Shown: positions 9,673-21,300, counted from the first letter of the stretch. The stretch: 64,000 bases of DNA from an uncultured Ignavibacteriota bacterium (GCA_903884005.1 CAISDA010000072.1:25284-89283); one strand, 5' to 3'. Notes: a model not told the origin generated them from the letters alone. Program-made: numbers and translations.

Positions 9673-10213
9673 CCCGTTCGCGCTTCTTCACGTCATCGAC
9701 AATTGTATACCCAGGCGTGCCTTCTCGTTCCATCGATATCGCGTCTCCCGCGTGTATTCTACCTTCTTCGAGCACCGTACAATAGAATCCCGATTTGCGG
9801 CTTTTCATGAAACGGCGTATGATATCATTGGAACCGAATTTGGCGGCAAGTTTGAAGCACGGCATCCGGGCTTCGGTGATTTGAAGCAGCGCAGTGCCGA
9901 TCCTGTACACAGATCCGATGAGTATGTCCGTTTCGAGCAATCCTTCTGTCGTAATGTTCTCGCCAAACATTCCCCACTCCATTTTTACGTCAGGGTATTG
10001 GCTGCGCCAGAATTCATAATGTTCAGACGGATAGCCGTACACCGCCTTGTATTCGCCGCCATGGACGCGCACATCCGAGACAGTGTCTTCCGCGACGAAG
10101 AACTTGCGGATGTCTATCGCTTCGACGGGCTCTTTGTAGATTCCCGTTTTTATCATCTTCTCCTGATACAGGATTTCCCGTATCCGGCCGATATTTGTGG
10201 AAATAATTTTCAT
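9665..10213 (-). CDS. MOSC domain protein (YiiM-like).
   Basis: VRVHGGEYKAVYGYPSEHYEFW...GENITTEGL...ARMPCFKL is the MOSC beta-barrel with conserved Cys. I set the start at the internal ATG at 10213. Confidence 0.7.
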   Translation of the reverse strand: MKIISTNIGRIREILYQEKMIKTGIYKEPVEAIDIRKFFVAEDTVSDVRVHGGEYKAVYGYPSEHYEFWRSQYPDVKMEWGMFGENITTEGLLETDILIGSVYRIGTALLQITEARMPCFKLAAKFGSNDIIRRFMKSRKSGFYCTVLEEGRIHAGDAISMEREGTPGYTIVDDVKKRERDE

Positions 10214-10397
10214 GTGCGTTTCCGGAATTCTATTGAAGAAGATGGCGGCGCTGACATCAGGGCATTCTCTCTTCGCGCAAAAAGCAACTGAGGATGACCG
10301 TATAATATAGCAGACTGAGCGTACATAGTCCAATCCGATCACTGTGTCCGCCGTCATCACGCCTTTCGAAAAAAAAGACTGATGCATTACGCTTGTT

Positions 10398-11933
10398 TTG
10401 TTCGGCATTCGTTCGTATTTTCATGTGACAAAAATATTCACTCAACGAGGCGAACGCGTGGCTCTGGAACAGTATTTCTCCCCTTTCCGCAACAATATCG
10501 TCGGCATTGCTCAAACGTTCACGACGCCGTATGGCGAGCAGACCATTGTCTACGCGGATTGGACCGCCAGCGGCCGATTGTACGGACCGATCGAGCGCCG
10601 CCTGCTGGAGACGTTCGGCCCCTTCGTCGGGAACACACATTCGGATTCATCGATCACAGGCCAGCTGATGACGAGCGCGTACCACCATGCGCATACGATC
10701 ATCAAGCGGCATGTGAACGCCGGTTCGGACGACGCGCTGCTGTTCGTCGGCACCGGCATGACGGCGGGCATCAACAAGCTGCAGCGCATACTGGGAGTGA
10801 AGGCGCCCGAGCAGTTCCGCAGTTCCATTCATCTCAGCGAAGAGGATACTCCGGTGGTGTTCGTCACGCACATGGAACATCATTCCAATCAAACGACGTG
10901 GTACGAGACGCTCGCCGATGTGCATGTGCTGGCGGCAACGATTGACGGACATGTCGATACGAACGATCTCTCGGCCGCCCTTGAGCGCTACAGGAACCGC
11001 CGCATAAAGATCGGTTCGTTCAGCGCATGCTCGAACGTGACGGGAGTACAGGCACCGCTCCACGCGCTGGCAACGATCATGCATGAACACGGCGGCATTG
11101 CCATTGTCGATTTTGCCGCGTCGGCTCCGTATGTCTCAATAGACATGCACCCGGCTGAGGATGCCGAACGTCTGGATGCGATCATTTTTTCCCCTCACAA
11201 ATTCATCGGCGGTCCCGCAACGCCCGGCGTGCTTATTCTTCACAAGGATCTCTATACATTGAAGACGCCGGACCAGCCCGGAGGCGGAACAGTGCTGTGG
11301 ACGAATCCATGGGGAGAGCATCGGTACATCCCTGACATCGAAATGCGCGAAGACGGGGGGACGCCGGGATTTTTGCAGGCGATCAAAGCATCGCTGGCAG
11401 TGATGCTGAAGGAAGAAATGCAGGTGGAGAAGATCGCCGAGAGGGAGAAGGAACTGTGCTCGATGATGTTCGAACGCATGCGCACCGTGCCGGGCCTGCA
11501 CATTCTCGCAGACGGCATAGAGGAACGGCTGCCGGTATTTTCGTTTTACATCGAGCACCTTCACTTCAATCTGATCGTGCGTCTGCTCAACGACCGGTAC
11601 GGCATACAGGCGCGAGGCGGCTGTTCGTGCGCCGGAACGTACGGACATTATCTGCTGCATGTGGACAGGGAACATTCGCACCGTATCACCAACCAGATCG
11701 ATCACGGGGACCTGTCGGCCAAGCCGGGATGGGTGAGACTGTCGCTGCACCCGACCACGACTGGGAAGGAAGTCGACCTCATCGCAGACGCTCTCGCCGC
11801 GATCGCGCGTCACGGGCAGGAATGGCAAGTGGATTACGACTATTCGCCGCACAACAACGAATTCTATCATCGCACGGGACTCTCCTACGCAGCCGACCTG
11901 ACAAAATCGTGGTTCGCGGCGGACCTGCGATAA
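10398..11933 (+). CDS. Aminotransferase class V-fold PLP-dependent enzyme (cysteine desulfurase/selenocysteine lyase-like).
   Basis: 511 aa. SPHKFIGGPATPGVL with the PLP Lys in HK; fold-type I features. Confidence 0.7.
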   Translation: MFGIRSYFHVTKIFTQRGERVALEQYFSPFRNNIVGIAQTFTTPYGEQTIVYADWTASGRLYGPIERRLLETFGPFVGNTHSDSSITGQLMTSAYHHAHTIIKRHVNAGSDDALLFVGTGMTAGINKLQRILGVKAPEQFRSSIHLSEEDTPVVFVTHMEHHSNQTTWYETLADVHVLAATIDGHVDTNDLSAALERYRNRRIKIGSFSACSNVTGVQAPLHALATIMHEHGGIAIVDFAASAPYVSIDMHPAEDAERLDAIIFSPHKFIGGPATPGVLILHKDLYTLKTPDQPGGGTVLWTNPWGEHRYIPDIEMREDGGTPGFLQAIKASLAVMLKEEMQVEKIAEREKELCSMMFERMRTVPGLHILADGIEERLPVFSFYIEHLHFNLIVRLLNDRYGIQARGGCSCAGTYGHYLLHVDREHSHRITNQIDHGDLSAKPGWVRLSLHPTTTGKEVDLIADALAAIARHGQEWQVDYDYSPHNNEFYHRTGLSYAADLTKSWFAADLR

Positions 11934-11984
11934 CGTTTATCGCACGAGATTGTAAACGATACATTTCCTTTCACACCTAATCGA

Positions 11985-12842
11985 ATGACAATGAAAATTA
12001 TTCCACTGACGTTGTTGGCACTATCATTTTTTCTTTCATCCTGCGTAACACTCGGCAAGTATGAGGAGATGGAAGCATCGCGCAATGCGGTCCGGCACCA
12101 GGCGGATTCTCTGGGCACGGTTATCGCGTCGTACGATTCGCTGCTTGGAGTGTGCCGGACGACGATCGCGGACCTCGAGCACAAACGCGATTCGGCGCAA
12201 TATGATTACGAAACCCTCTATCAAAATTATTTGCAGGCGAAGGCGTCGACGAAGGAAGAACTGCAGAAAGCAGTGACCGCGCTGGAGGAAGCGCAGAAGA
12301 GGATCCGTGCGCGCGAAGCCCGGCTGCAGGAGGCCGAACAAAAACTCGCCGCTCGCGATTCGTCGCTTGTCGCCCTGAAGAACCGGCTTGCCGACGCGCT
12401 GCTCGGATTCCAGGATACGGGACTCACACTGAACATCAAGGGCGGCAAACTCTACGTGTCACTGTCCAATCAGCTGTTGTTTTCGACAGGCAAGACGGAG
12501 ATCGATAAGCGCGGGAAGGCGGCCCTCATCGAACTGGCGAACGTGCTGAACAATCAGCGCGATATTTCCATTCTTGTGGAAGGACACACGGACAACCAGG
12601 CGGTGGCGAATCTGGGCGCACTGAAGGACAACTGGGATCTGAGCGTAATGCGCGCGACGCAGGTGGTGCGCTATTTGACGGAGGACGGAAAGATGGAGCC
12701 GGCGCGTATCACTGCCTCGGGCCGGGGCGAATATGCACCGCTGGCCGAAGGCAATGCTCCCGCGGCTCGCGCCCAAAACAGAAGGACGGAAATTATACTC
12801 GTGCCGAAACTCGGAGAGCTCTTCGAACTGCTCCAGCAATAA
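11985..12842 (+). CDS. OmpA-family lipoprotein (coiled-coil N-region plus OmpA/MotB C-terminal peptidoglycan-binding domain).
   Basis: Lipoprotein signal LSFFLSSC; coiled coil; OmpA_C motifs (ILVEGHTDN...NWDLSVMRA..V..YL, NRRTEII). Confidence 0.8.
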   Translation: MTMKIIPLTLLALSFFLSSCVTLGKYEEMEASRNAVRHQADSLGTVIASYDSLLGVCRTTIADLEHKRDSAQYDYETLYQNYLQAKASTKEELQKAVTALEEAQKRIRAREARLQEAEQKLAARDSSLVALKNRLADALLGFQDTGLTLNIKGGKLYVSLSNQLLFSTGKTEIDKRGKAALIELANVLNNQRDISILVEGHTDNQAVANLGALKDNWDLSVMRATQVVRYLTEDGKMEPARITASGRGEYAPLAEGNAPAARAQNRRTEIILVPKLGELFELLQQ

Positions 12843-12894
12843 CAGGCACACCAGCGTTGAAGGCGTCAATTTTACTCATCACAGGGAACACACA

Positions 12895-14256
12895 GTGACG
12901 ACAACGGCACCTCAGGGACAGGAAAAGCTCGACCGCGCGCTCGGATTGAAAGAAGCGACGGCTCTGAACATGATCGATATGATCGGCATCGGGCCGTTCG
13001 TCGTGCTGCCCCTCGTGATCAAAACGATGAATGGTCCAGACGCGATCTGGGCGTACGTAGCGGGGGCGCTGCTTTCGGTATTCGACGGATTTATCTGGGC
13101 CGAGCTCGGAGCCGCAATGCCCCGGGCCGGGGGAAGCTACGTCTTCCTGCGCGAGGCATTCGGCAAGGAGCGCTGGGGCAAATTCATGTCGTTCCTCATC
13201 ATCTGGCAGACGATGATACAGGCTCCACTCGTGGTCGCCTCGGGGGCCATCGGGTTCGCGCAATACCTTTCGTACATCGTTCCGCTCACCACCGTCACAC
13301 AGAAGCTCGCATCCGGCACGCTCGTGATCATCCTTGTCGCGCTTTTATACAGGAAAATCACGACGATCGGCAAGATCACCGTGCTGCTGTGGGTCGGTGT
13401 GATCGGCACGATGCTGTGGTTCATCATCGGCGGACTCTCCCATTTCAATCCCGCGTTCATCACCTTTCCCGCGGAACATCACTGGGACTTTTCATGGGTC
13501 TTCATGGTCGCGCTCGGACAGGCGACGGTCCAGACGATCTACACGTATCTCGGGTATTACAATGTGTGTCATCTGGGAGGCGAGATCAAGAATCCGGAGT
13601 CCGTCATTCCCCGCTCCATTTTCCTTTCCATCGCGGGAATCGCCGTGCTCTACCTTGCAATGATTGTGAGCGTGCTGGGAGCGATGCCGTGGCAGGAATC
13701 GATGCATTCGCAATTCATTGTGAGCACGCTGGTGGAGCGGTTGTACGGCGGCGGCGCGGCCACCATTGCGACATTGCTTGTGCTGTGGATAGCATTCGCG
13801 TCGCTCTTTGCCGTGATGCTCGGCTACTCGCGCATACCGTACGCTGCCGCGCTCGATGGAAATTTTTTCAGTGTGATGGGAAGATTGCATCCGACAAAAC
13901 ATTTTCCGCATGTCGCGCTTCTCACGCTCGGCGCAACGGCATTCGTGTTCAGTCTGCTCTTCAGGCTCTCGGATGTGATCAAGGCCATACTCGCGATGAG
14001 GATCATCGTGCAGTTCATCGGCGGAGGGATCGGGGTGATGATCCTGCGCAGGCGGATCGGGGCGGCGGCGCTTCCGTACAGAATGCCGCTCTTTCCGCTG
14101 CCGGCGGTGATCGCGATCACCGCGTGGGGCGCAATTTTTTTCTCGACGGGGCCGGCATTCGTGGCAGGCGGATTGACGGTGATCTCGCTGGGAACGATCG
14201 TCTTCTTTATACGGGCCCGCATGCAGCGCGAGTGGCCGTTCGCGATAGAACCTTAA
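12895..14256 (+). CDS. Amino-acid permease (APC superfamily transporter).
   Basis: About 12 TM helices; N-terminal IDMIGIGPFVVLP and GGSYVFLREAFG motifs of the APC family. GTG start chosen after a purine-rich RBS-like AGGGAA; the track start at 12733 lies inside the OmpA gene. Confidence 0.75.
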   Translation: MTTTAPQGQEKLDRALGLKEATALNMIDMIGIGPFVVLPLVIKTMNGPDAIWAYVAGALLSVFDGFIWAELGAAMPRAGGSYVFLREAFGKERWGKFMSFLIIWQTMIQAPLVVASGAIGFAQYLSYIVPLTTVTQKLASGTLVIILVALLYRKITTIGKITVLLWVGVIGTMLWFIIGGLSHFNPAFITFPAEHHWDFSWVFMVALGQATVQTIYTYLGYYNVCHLGGEIKNPESVIPRSIFLSIAGIAVLYLAMIVSVLGAMPWQESMHSQFIVSTLVERLYGGGAATIATLLVLWIAFASLFAVMLGYSRIPYAAALDGNFFSVMGRLHPTKHFPHVALLTLGATAFVFSLLFRLSDVIKAILAMRIIVQFIGGGIGVMILRRRIGAAALPYRMPLFPLPAVIAITAWGAIFFSTGPAFVAGGLTVISLGTIVFFIRARMQREWPFAIEP

Positions 14257-14267
14257 TCGTGAGCGGC

Positions 14268-15134
14268 CTATTTCATCTGCGTGAGGGCGACGCCGGCAAT
14301 CGTGATGCAGCCGCCGACGATGAATGCCGCGCTGAACGACTGGTGAAGCAGCATCACGGAGAGGATCGTCGTCACAATGGGCTGTGCATTTGAAAACACA
14401 GCCACCTTCGTGGTATCGATCTTGCCGATCGCATACATCCAGAGAAAATATCCGAGTATCGACGTTCCCAATCCCAGGTAGACGATCCCCTGCCAGTGCA
14501 GCGCCGTCATCGTCGTAACATCGAATCCCGACAATCCGTAGAGCCCGAGCGGCAGGAACATGATCGTCCCGCCGATCATCGAGAGCGCGCTGATGTGGAA
14601 GGCCCCGTATTTCACGATCATGCGTTTCCCCTGTATCGTATAGAGCGCCCAGGCGAGCACGGCCAGCAACAGTATGGCATTGCCCCACACATAGTCCGCA
14701 GAAAGATCGATGCCCCGTTCGAACACGACAACAAGCACACCCACAAACGCAATGGCGACGCCGATAAGTTTCCTCCGGGTGATCGCTTCCTTGAGCATAA
14801 TATGGGAGAGGAGGAGCACGAAGCTCGGCGTTGTGGCGTATAACAGCGCTCCGTTCGCCGCGGGCGTGAACCGGATGCCGTAGAGGAAGAGAAATTGATT
14901 CAACGGAATGCACAGAAACGACAGCCACGCGAGCATGGCGTAATCCTCCCGCTGCACTTTGATGCGCTTTTCCTTGATGAAGAAAATGAACAGCAGCGCC
15001 GCGGTAGCGACAACAGAACGGAGGCAGGTGAGCACCACGGCGTTAATATCGGTAGCGACTGCTTTGGCAACGAGATGGGTGCCGCTGGAGATCAGGACCT
15101 GAAACACAAGAACGATATAAATATTCATAGACAT
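14268..15134 (-). CDS. DMT-superfamily (EamA-like) transporter.
   Basis: Ten predicted TM helices with duplicated EamA pattern. Convergent with the permease, 11-nt gap. Confidence 0.8.
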   Translation of the reverse strand: MSMNIYIVLVFQVLISSGTHLVAKAVATDINAVVLTCLRSVVATAALLFIFFIKEKRIKVQREDYAMLAWLSFLCIPLNQFLFLYGIRFTPAANGALLYATTPSFVLLLSHIMLKEAITRRKLIGVAIAFVGVLVVVFERGIDLSADYVWGNAILLLAVLAWALYTIQGKRMIVKYGAFHISALSMIGGTIMFLPLGLYGLSGFDVTTMTALHWQGIVYLGLGTSILGYFLWMYAIGKIDTTKVAVFSNAQPIVTTILSVMLLHQSFSAAFIVGGCITIAGVALTQMK

Positions 15135-15230
15135 ACAATATACGCATCCGCGGCCATTTTGCAAGTCGGCACGATGTTGGGTATATTTATTTACTAAAGA
15201 CATTCACATTACATTCAAGGCGGCACGGAC

Positions 15231-18200
15231 ATGGCATCATCATCGCAGCGGGAACGCTTGTTTTTACTGGACGGCATGGGACTGGTCTATCGGGCATTTT
15301 ATAGTTTCGGCGCGAAGCCGCTCGTCAATTCGCGGGGTGAAAATACGAGCGCCGTGTTCGGGTTCGTCAATTATCTGAATAAAATTCTGGACGAGCATGC
15401 GCCCGACTATATCGCCGTCGTGTTCGATACCGATCAGCCGACATTCCGCCACATTGCCTATGCGGAATACAAGGCGACGCGCACGAAAATGCCGGAGGAT
15501 CTGGCGGCATGCCTGCCGATACTCAAAGACGTCGTGAAGGCGTATCACATCCCCGTCGTTGAACTGCACGGGTTCGAGGCGGACGATATCATCGGCACGC
15601 TTGCCCGGCGCGCGGAAAAAGAGAATGTTGAAACATACATGGTGACCTCGGACAAGGATTTCATGCAGCTGGTCTCCCCCCTGGTAAAAATTTACCGTCC
15701 GGGCAAGGCGGGCAATGACGACGAGGTGCTGGACGACAAGGCCGTCATGGAAAAATTCGGCGTTGCCCCTTCTCAGGTGATCGACGTGCTTGGGTTGATG
15801 GGCGATCAGTCCGATAATGTGCCGGGCGTACCGGGGATCGGCGAAAAGACGGCGATACCGCTGGTGCAACAATACGGAACGATGGAGAACATCTATGTCC
15901 ATCTCGAAGAGATCCCGCAGAAGGGCGTCAGGGAAAAATTGCGCACTCATCGGGAACTGGCGGCGCTCTCGAAGCACCTCGTGACCATCGACACGGCCGT
16001 ACCCGTTGAGATCGATTTTCATACGCTGCGCGCCCGGGGCAGGAATCTGCCGGCGCTCATCGCGCTCTTCGAGCGACTTGAATTCGGTTCGCACCTCCGG
16101 CGCGTGAAAGAGCAATTGAAACAATCGGGACTGGCAGTATCCGGTGCCGGATATTCCGCGCTGGGTGATACGAACGGACAGAGAAGCCCCGGTGCCGTAG
16201 ATATCGTGCAGGGTGAAACAAGCGGGCAGAGCAGACCCAGTGCCGCGGATGTCGGCACTGGAACGGGGGCATCCGGAAAAGCGGATATGCTCCATGGACA
16301 GACAGGAATCGACGGGTCCTCTGCGGATACAGCAAACGGGACGGCGAATGCCGGCGCCGAGACTGCCGCGGAAGTGCTCGCACCGTTATCGGATATACGC
16401 ACGGACGAGCACACATACATTATCGTCGATTCGGACGCCGCCTATCTTCGGTTCATATCCCTGCTGAAGAAGGTGAAGGCATTCGTCTTCGACACCGAGA
16501 CTACATCGACCGATTCGCTGCGCGCGGAACTGGTGGGCGTTGCCTTCTGCTTCGAGCCGCGCACGGCGTATTACATTCCCGTGCACTGCGACGGTCCCGG
16601 AGAGGCGACATCGCTGTTCGACGCACCAGGTGCGTCCACGACAGACGCCTATTCCATCCGTCCCGAGCAGTTTGTGAGAGACACGGGGAACATCTTCGCC
16701 GACTCGCGCGTAAAAAAATACGGGCAGAACATCAAATACGACATGCTGGTGCTCTCCCGGTACGGCATTGACGTGCAGGGGGCGGACTTCGACACGATGG
16801 TGGCAAGTTACGTCCTGCGCCCCGACGGCAAACATAATCTCGATGCGCTCGCCGTTGAACACCTCAACTATGCGATGGTGTCGTTCGACGATCTGACCGA
16901 CAACGGCAAAAAGGACATACGCACCATTGCCTACGACGTGGTCGGCAATTATTCCGCAGAGGACGCTGACATCACCTATCGTCTCACCGACATGCTGCAC
17001 GACAAGCTCAACGTACAAGGCATGACGACGGTGTGCACGGAGATCGAGTTTCCGCTCATCGAAGTGCTCACGGACATGGAGAAGACGGGCATCGCCATCG
17101 ATGTGCCGTTCCTGCACGACATGTCGGCCAGGATGGACAAGCAATTGAAAATTCTGATCGGACAGATCTATGCCGCGGCGGGCGAAGAATTCAACATCAA
17201 CTCCACGCAGCAGCTTGCGCAGATCCTGTTCACCAAACTGAACTTGACGCCGACCAAAAAAACGAAGACCGGATATTCAACCGATGTGGGCGTGCTCGAG
17301 GCGCTGCAGAAGGAGCACCCGATCGTTGCCCATATGCTGGAGTACCGGCAGCTGCAAAAATTAAAGTCGACATATGTGGATGCACTCCCAAAACTCATCC
17401 ATTCGAAATCGGGGCGGGTGCACACGTCGTACAATCAGACGGTGGCAGCCACGGGCCGGCTCTCGAGCAGCGATCCAAACCTTCAGAACATCCCGATACG
17501 CACCGAAATGGGACGCGAGATCCGGCGCGCGTTCATCCCCGGGGCCGAAGGCATGAAGATCCTCTCGGCAGATTATTCCCAGATCGAGCTGCGCGTAATG
17601 GCGCACATCTCGCAGGACGAGGGGTTCCTGGCAGCCTTCAATGCGGGCGAGGACATACACTCCTCCACCGCCGCAAAAATATTCAATGTGCCGCAGGCGG
17701 ACGTCACCAAGGACATGCGCCGCAAGGCAAAGGAAGTGAATTTCGGCATCATGTACGGACTCGGACCGTTCGGACTCGCTTCACGGCTTGAAATCCCTCA
17801 GAGCGAAGCCAAAGAGATCATCGCAAAATATTTTGAACGGTTCCCGAATGTGAAGAAATACATAGCCGAAACGATCGAGTTCGCCCGCGAGCACGGGTAC
17901 GTGGAAACGCTCAGCGGCAGGCGCCGGTTCCTGCCGGACATACACAGCCGCAACAAGAACATCAGCCAGAATGCGGAACGGCAGGCCATCAACATGCCGA
18001 TACAGGGAACATCGGCCGACATGATCAAGCACGCCATGATCGACATTTACCGGGCGCTGAGGGAACAAAAGCTGAAAAGCAAAATGCTGCTGCAAGTGCA
18101 CGATGAACTCGTGTTTGAAGTGTACGAAAAGGAAGTGGAACCTGTGCGCGCGCTCGTGGAAGACAAGATGAAACATGCGCTTGCGATGAATGTGCCGATC

Positions 18201-18245
18201 GAAGTGGAGATCGGCGTCGGGGAGAACTGGCTCGAAGCCCACTGA
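15231..18245 (+). CDS. polA: DNA polymerase I (5'-3' exonuclease, 3'-5' exonuclease and polymerase domains).
   Basis: 1004 aa. 5'-nuclease motifs (LLDGMGLVYRAFY), 3'-5' exo (VFDTETT), pol motif A (LSADYSQIELR), motif B (RRKAKEVNFGIMYG) and motif C (LQVHDEL). Contains an Ala/Gly/Ser/Thr-rich linker between the 5'-nuclease and 3'-5' exonuclease domains (nt 16113–16386). Confidence 0.95.
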   Translation: MASSSQRERLFLLDGMGLVYRAFYSFGAKPLVNSRGENTSAVFGFVNYLNKILDEHAPDYIAVVFDTDQPTFRHIAYAEYKATRTKMPEDLAACLPILKDVVKAYHIPVVELHGFEADDIIGTLARRAEKENVETYMVTSDKDFMQLVSPLVKIYRPGKAGNDDEVLDDKAVMEKFGVAPSQVIDVLGLMGDQSDNVPGVPGIGEKTAIPLVQQYGTMENIYVHLEEIPQKGVREKLRTHRELAALSKHLVTIDTAVPVEIDFHTLRARGRNLPALIALFERLEFGSHLRRVKEQLKQSGLAVSGAGYSALGDTNGQRSPGAVDIVQGETSGQSRPSAADVGTGTGASGKADMLHGQTGIDGSSADTANGTANAGAETAAEVLAPLSDIRTDEHTYIIVDSDAAYLRFISLLKKVKAFVFDTETTSTDSLRAELVGVAFCFEPRTAYYIPVHCDGPGEATSLFDAPGASTTDAYSIRPEQFVRDTGNIFADSRVKKYGQNIKYDMLVLSRYGIDVQGADFDTMVASYVLRPDGKHNLDALAVEHLNYAMVSFDDLTDNGKKDIRTIAYDVVGNYSAEDADITYRLTDMLHDKLNVQGMTTVCTEIEFPLIEVLTDMEKTGIAIDVPFLHDMSARMDKQLKILIGQIYAAAGEEFNINSTQQLAQILFTKLNLTPTKKTKTGYSTDVGVLEALQKEHPIVAHMLEYRQLQKLKSTYVDALPKLIHSKSGRVHTSYNQTVAATGRLSSSDPNLQNIPIRTEMGREIRRAFIPGAEGMKILSADYSQIELRVMAHISQDEGFLAAFNAGEDIHSSTAAKIFNVPQADVTKDMRRKAKEVNFGIMYGLGPFGLASRLEIPQSEAKEIIAKYFERFPNVKKYIAETIEFAREHGYVETLSGRRRFLPDIHSRNKNISQNAERQAINMPIQGTSADMIKHAMIDIYRALREQKLKSKMLLQVHDELVFEVYEKEVEPVRALVEDKMKHALAMNVPIEVEIGVGENWLEAH

Positions 18246-18268
18246 TGCGATGCGTATCACACTGCTGA

Positions 18269-18328
18269 CCCCCGGCACAAGGTGCCGGGGGTTTATTAAA
18301 AAGCCCTCTTTCGAGGGCTTTTTTTTAT
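18269..18328. terminator. Tandem, bidirectional rho-independent terminators between the convergent polA (+) and FG-GAP gene (-).
   Basis: Hairpin 1 CCCCCGGCAC-AA-GGTGCCGGGGG (18269–18291), then TTTATT. Hairpin 2 AGCCCTC-TTTCG-GAGGGCT (18302–18319), followed by T8 on the + strand and by TTTTTAATAAA on the minus strand. The minus-gene stop TAA (18327..18325) lies in the T-run. Confidence 0.65.
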
Positions 18329-21300
18329 TTCACAAGCATCATTTTACGGACCTGCGTGAAACGAACGTTTGGATCGGTGAGACCGACTGCTTCGATGCGG
18401 TAGAAATATACACCGCTCGCGGCATGTGCGTTCCACACGGCCTCATGCCAGCCGCCGGATTGTTCCGCACTCACAAGATCTTCAACGAGCTGACCGAGCG
18501 TATTATAAATTTTAATTGATACGCGTCCGGCGGACGGCAATCCGTAGCGAATCGTGGTCGACGGATTGAACGGATTGGGATAATTTTGGGAGAGTGCAAA
18601 CTCCGTCGGCGTTAAAGGGACTCCATTCTTCTGCAGATAGGAATTTGAGCCAATGACGAGCCGGTACCGCACTTCCTCCGAACTCTGAGGAACAGGTATT
18701 GCCTGAAGCTGCCTCAGATCGTATGATGCGGACGACAGCACATTATACAGATAGACTTCGTCGTTCGGCATCGACTGCATTCCCTCGGCATGCAGATATG
18801 CCTCAGCCGCCGCTTTGTTGTGGAGGAGAAGATCGAATATCTGACCATCCCCCACTTCCTTTCTGTGGTCGATGAACAGACGCGTTGCAGGCATATACGG
18901 CGACTCGTTATCGATGACGATACTTGCCGATGCGAAGGTCGTCGGGGGCGCAAAATAATCTTTCACATCATAATCCGTGCAGGATGTTGAATCGAACCCG
19001 GCATACACGGAAGCGACTTCCCTTCCCATTGATGACAGCGACAACCGGATTGCACGGTCGCTGACGTACGGAACGGCATCCAGTTCACGGTCGGTTTTGT
19101 AAAAGGATCCCGCGGGATCGTATGGAAGCAACAGAGACGGCGCGTTGCCAATATTGAGGAAATAATACGCGGTAAAAGGGATCATGGTGGACGCTTGCAC
19201 CCATGCCCCGCTTTTCCAATCGTAAATGACCGCATTAGCCGATAATGCATTGAGTTTGACCACCTCGCTCCACGTAACAGACTTTTCGTAGGGACTGGCA
19301 ATAATATTCCAGCCTGGCTGCACATTCACAGAATACAGACCGGTAGACGTCGTGACATTCGCTGCATTGCCGGAAACGATGAATCCCTTTCTGCTGAGCG
19401 CCCAAAATCCCTTGCCGGCTCCGAAGTCGAATGCGGACGATCCATCATATTCAATGAAATTTGCGGAGACCCCATTATCGCGATACATTCTCCAATCGGT
19501 CTTATACTCGCCCGGCAGCACCGATGCCGCCCCATGCGGTGTGGCTCCGGGAATGCTGACCAGTTTGTAACTCATCGGATTGTCCGGAGTGGAAAATGTG
19601 ATGGTTCTCGTGACGTCGATTGTTTGAGGAATGACCACGATACGCACTTCAATGGGAATGTTCACCGGTGCACTCACGGCATTATGTGTAATGGCAATGG
19701 CCGCGTTATACGTTCCTGCAGTGAGAGTCTGTGAACTATTTTGCTGAAGAGTGATGAACGACGATGTGCCTCCCGCCACGGACAATACTGTGCCCGATGT
19801 CAGTTGCAGCAATGGCGTACCGCTGTATGAAACTGTCCCGGTCAAGGTCTGTTGGCCGCTGTTTGAAATAGTGATGGAGACGGAAGACAATGTGCCCGTC
19901 GTTCCGTTTTTCATGATGAGAATTGAAGCAGGTGCAACAGCGATCGTCGCAACACTGCCTGTTGCTTTGCCGGTGCCTGATAATGCCACGAATGACGGGC
20001 TGCCGGTTGCATTGTGTACAATTGTTAGCGTGTCCTTATATTGTACCGCAAGGGCCGGTGTGAATGTAATGATGATACTGTCGCTGGCGTGAGCAGGAAC
20101 GCCCAACGAAATTTTATTTAATGTAAACACGGAGTTTGTTTGAAGGGATGCGGTGACGGTGAGAACAGCATCGCCGGTATTCGTGACGACCAGTGTTTTT
20201 TTGGACAGTGCGCCGAGAGCAACCGTATCAAATGCCAATGACTTTGCAGAGAGAGCGATCGTCGGTGCTGCAGTGTTGAACGTTTTTGCGCTGTCTTCAT
20301 TCGACGGGGACGACTCACCTGCGCTATTGACTGCTGTAACCCGATACCAATAAATCGTATTCTGATTCAATCCTATGTTAGCGTAACTCGTCTGCGACGC
20401 GCTCGCGGAATCGATCTTTACATATCCTGTACCGGAAGATGCAGAACGGTAGATCCGGTACGATGCAGGCGAGCCCGTTGCGCTTGATGTCCACGTAAGA
20501 TTGACCTGAGATTGCGAAACAGCGGCGGCCAACAGTGTCGTTGGCGCGGCCGGCAGAAATACAGCCGGAGTGGCGATCGTATTCCGAAGCACCGATACGG
20601 CATTGGCGCCATAATTTGCAACAGCCACGTCCGGTATGCCATCTCCGTCAACATCACCGATGGCGGCCGCATACGGAGCTTTCCCTGTAACGATATCCAT
20701 CTTCGCAGCGAATGAACTGGCAATGATGTGACCGGGAATGATGGAGCCGATATTGCTCCGATTCATGAGAATCGAAATTGTATTGCCGCCATTGTTTGCA
20801 ACGACGATATCCGGTCTATCGTCGCCATCCAAGTCACCAAGGGCAACGCAATAAGGAGTAGTCCCCGTGGCGAAATCAACTTTTGCAGCAAATGACCCCG
20901 CGGTCATGGAACCGGAAGTCCCGGTGTTTGAAAAAACAGAAACGGAATTGCTCCCAAAATTTGATACGACCACATCGGCCTTGCCGTCGCCGTCCACATC
21001 ACCGATCGCAACACTATAGGGATTGACTCCTGCAGTCAATTTCACAGCGGCGGCGAAGGACCCTGCAGTGATGGAGCCGGAGGTGCCGACATTTCTATAC
21101 ACAGCAACAGCGTTGCTGCCGCCCCACAGGGTTACGGCTATATCCGGTTTGCCGTCGCCATCGATATCACCGACGGCAATCCCTTGAACATTGCCGCCCG
21201 CGGCAATGTCCACCTTCGGAGCAAACGAGCCGATACCAAGTGAACCAGGGCTGCTTATATTCCTGAACACAGAAACGGAACTGCTACCATAGTTACCGAC

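Noticed and set aside
13492-14928. 478-aa ORF on the minus strand, rich in Arg/His/Asp.
   Set aside because: Antisense to the amino-acid permease (12895–14256) and the DMT transporter. The composition is typical of a GC-rich antisense frame and there is no domain signal.
15264-17144. ORFs of 343 aa and 252 aa on the minus strand inside polA.
   Set aside because: Antisense shadow ORFs of a highly conserved essential gene, with low-complexity Arg-rich translations.
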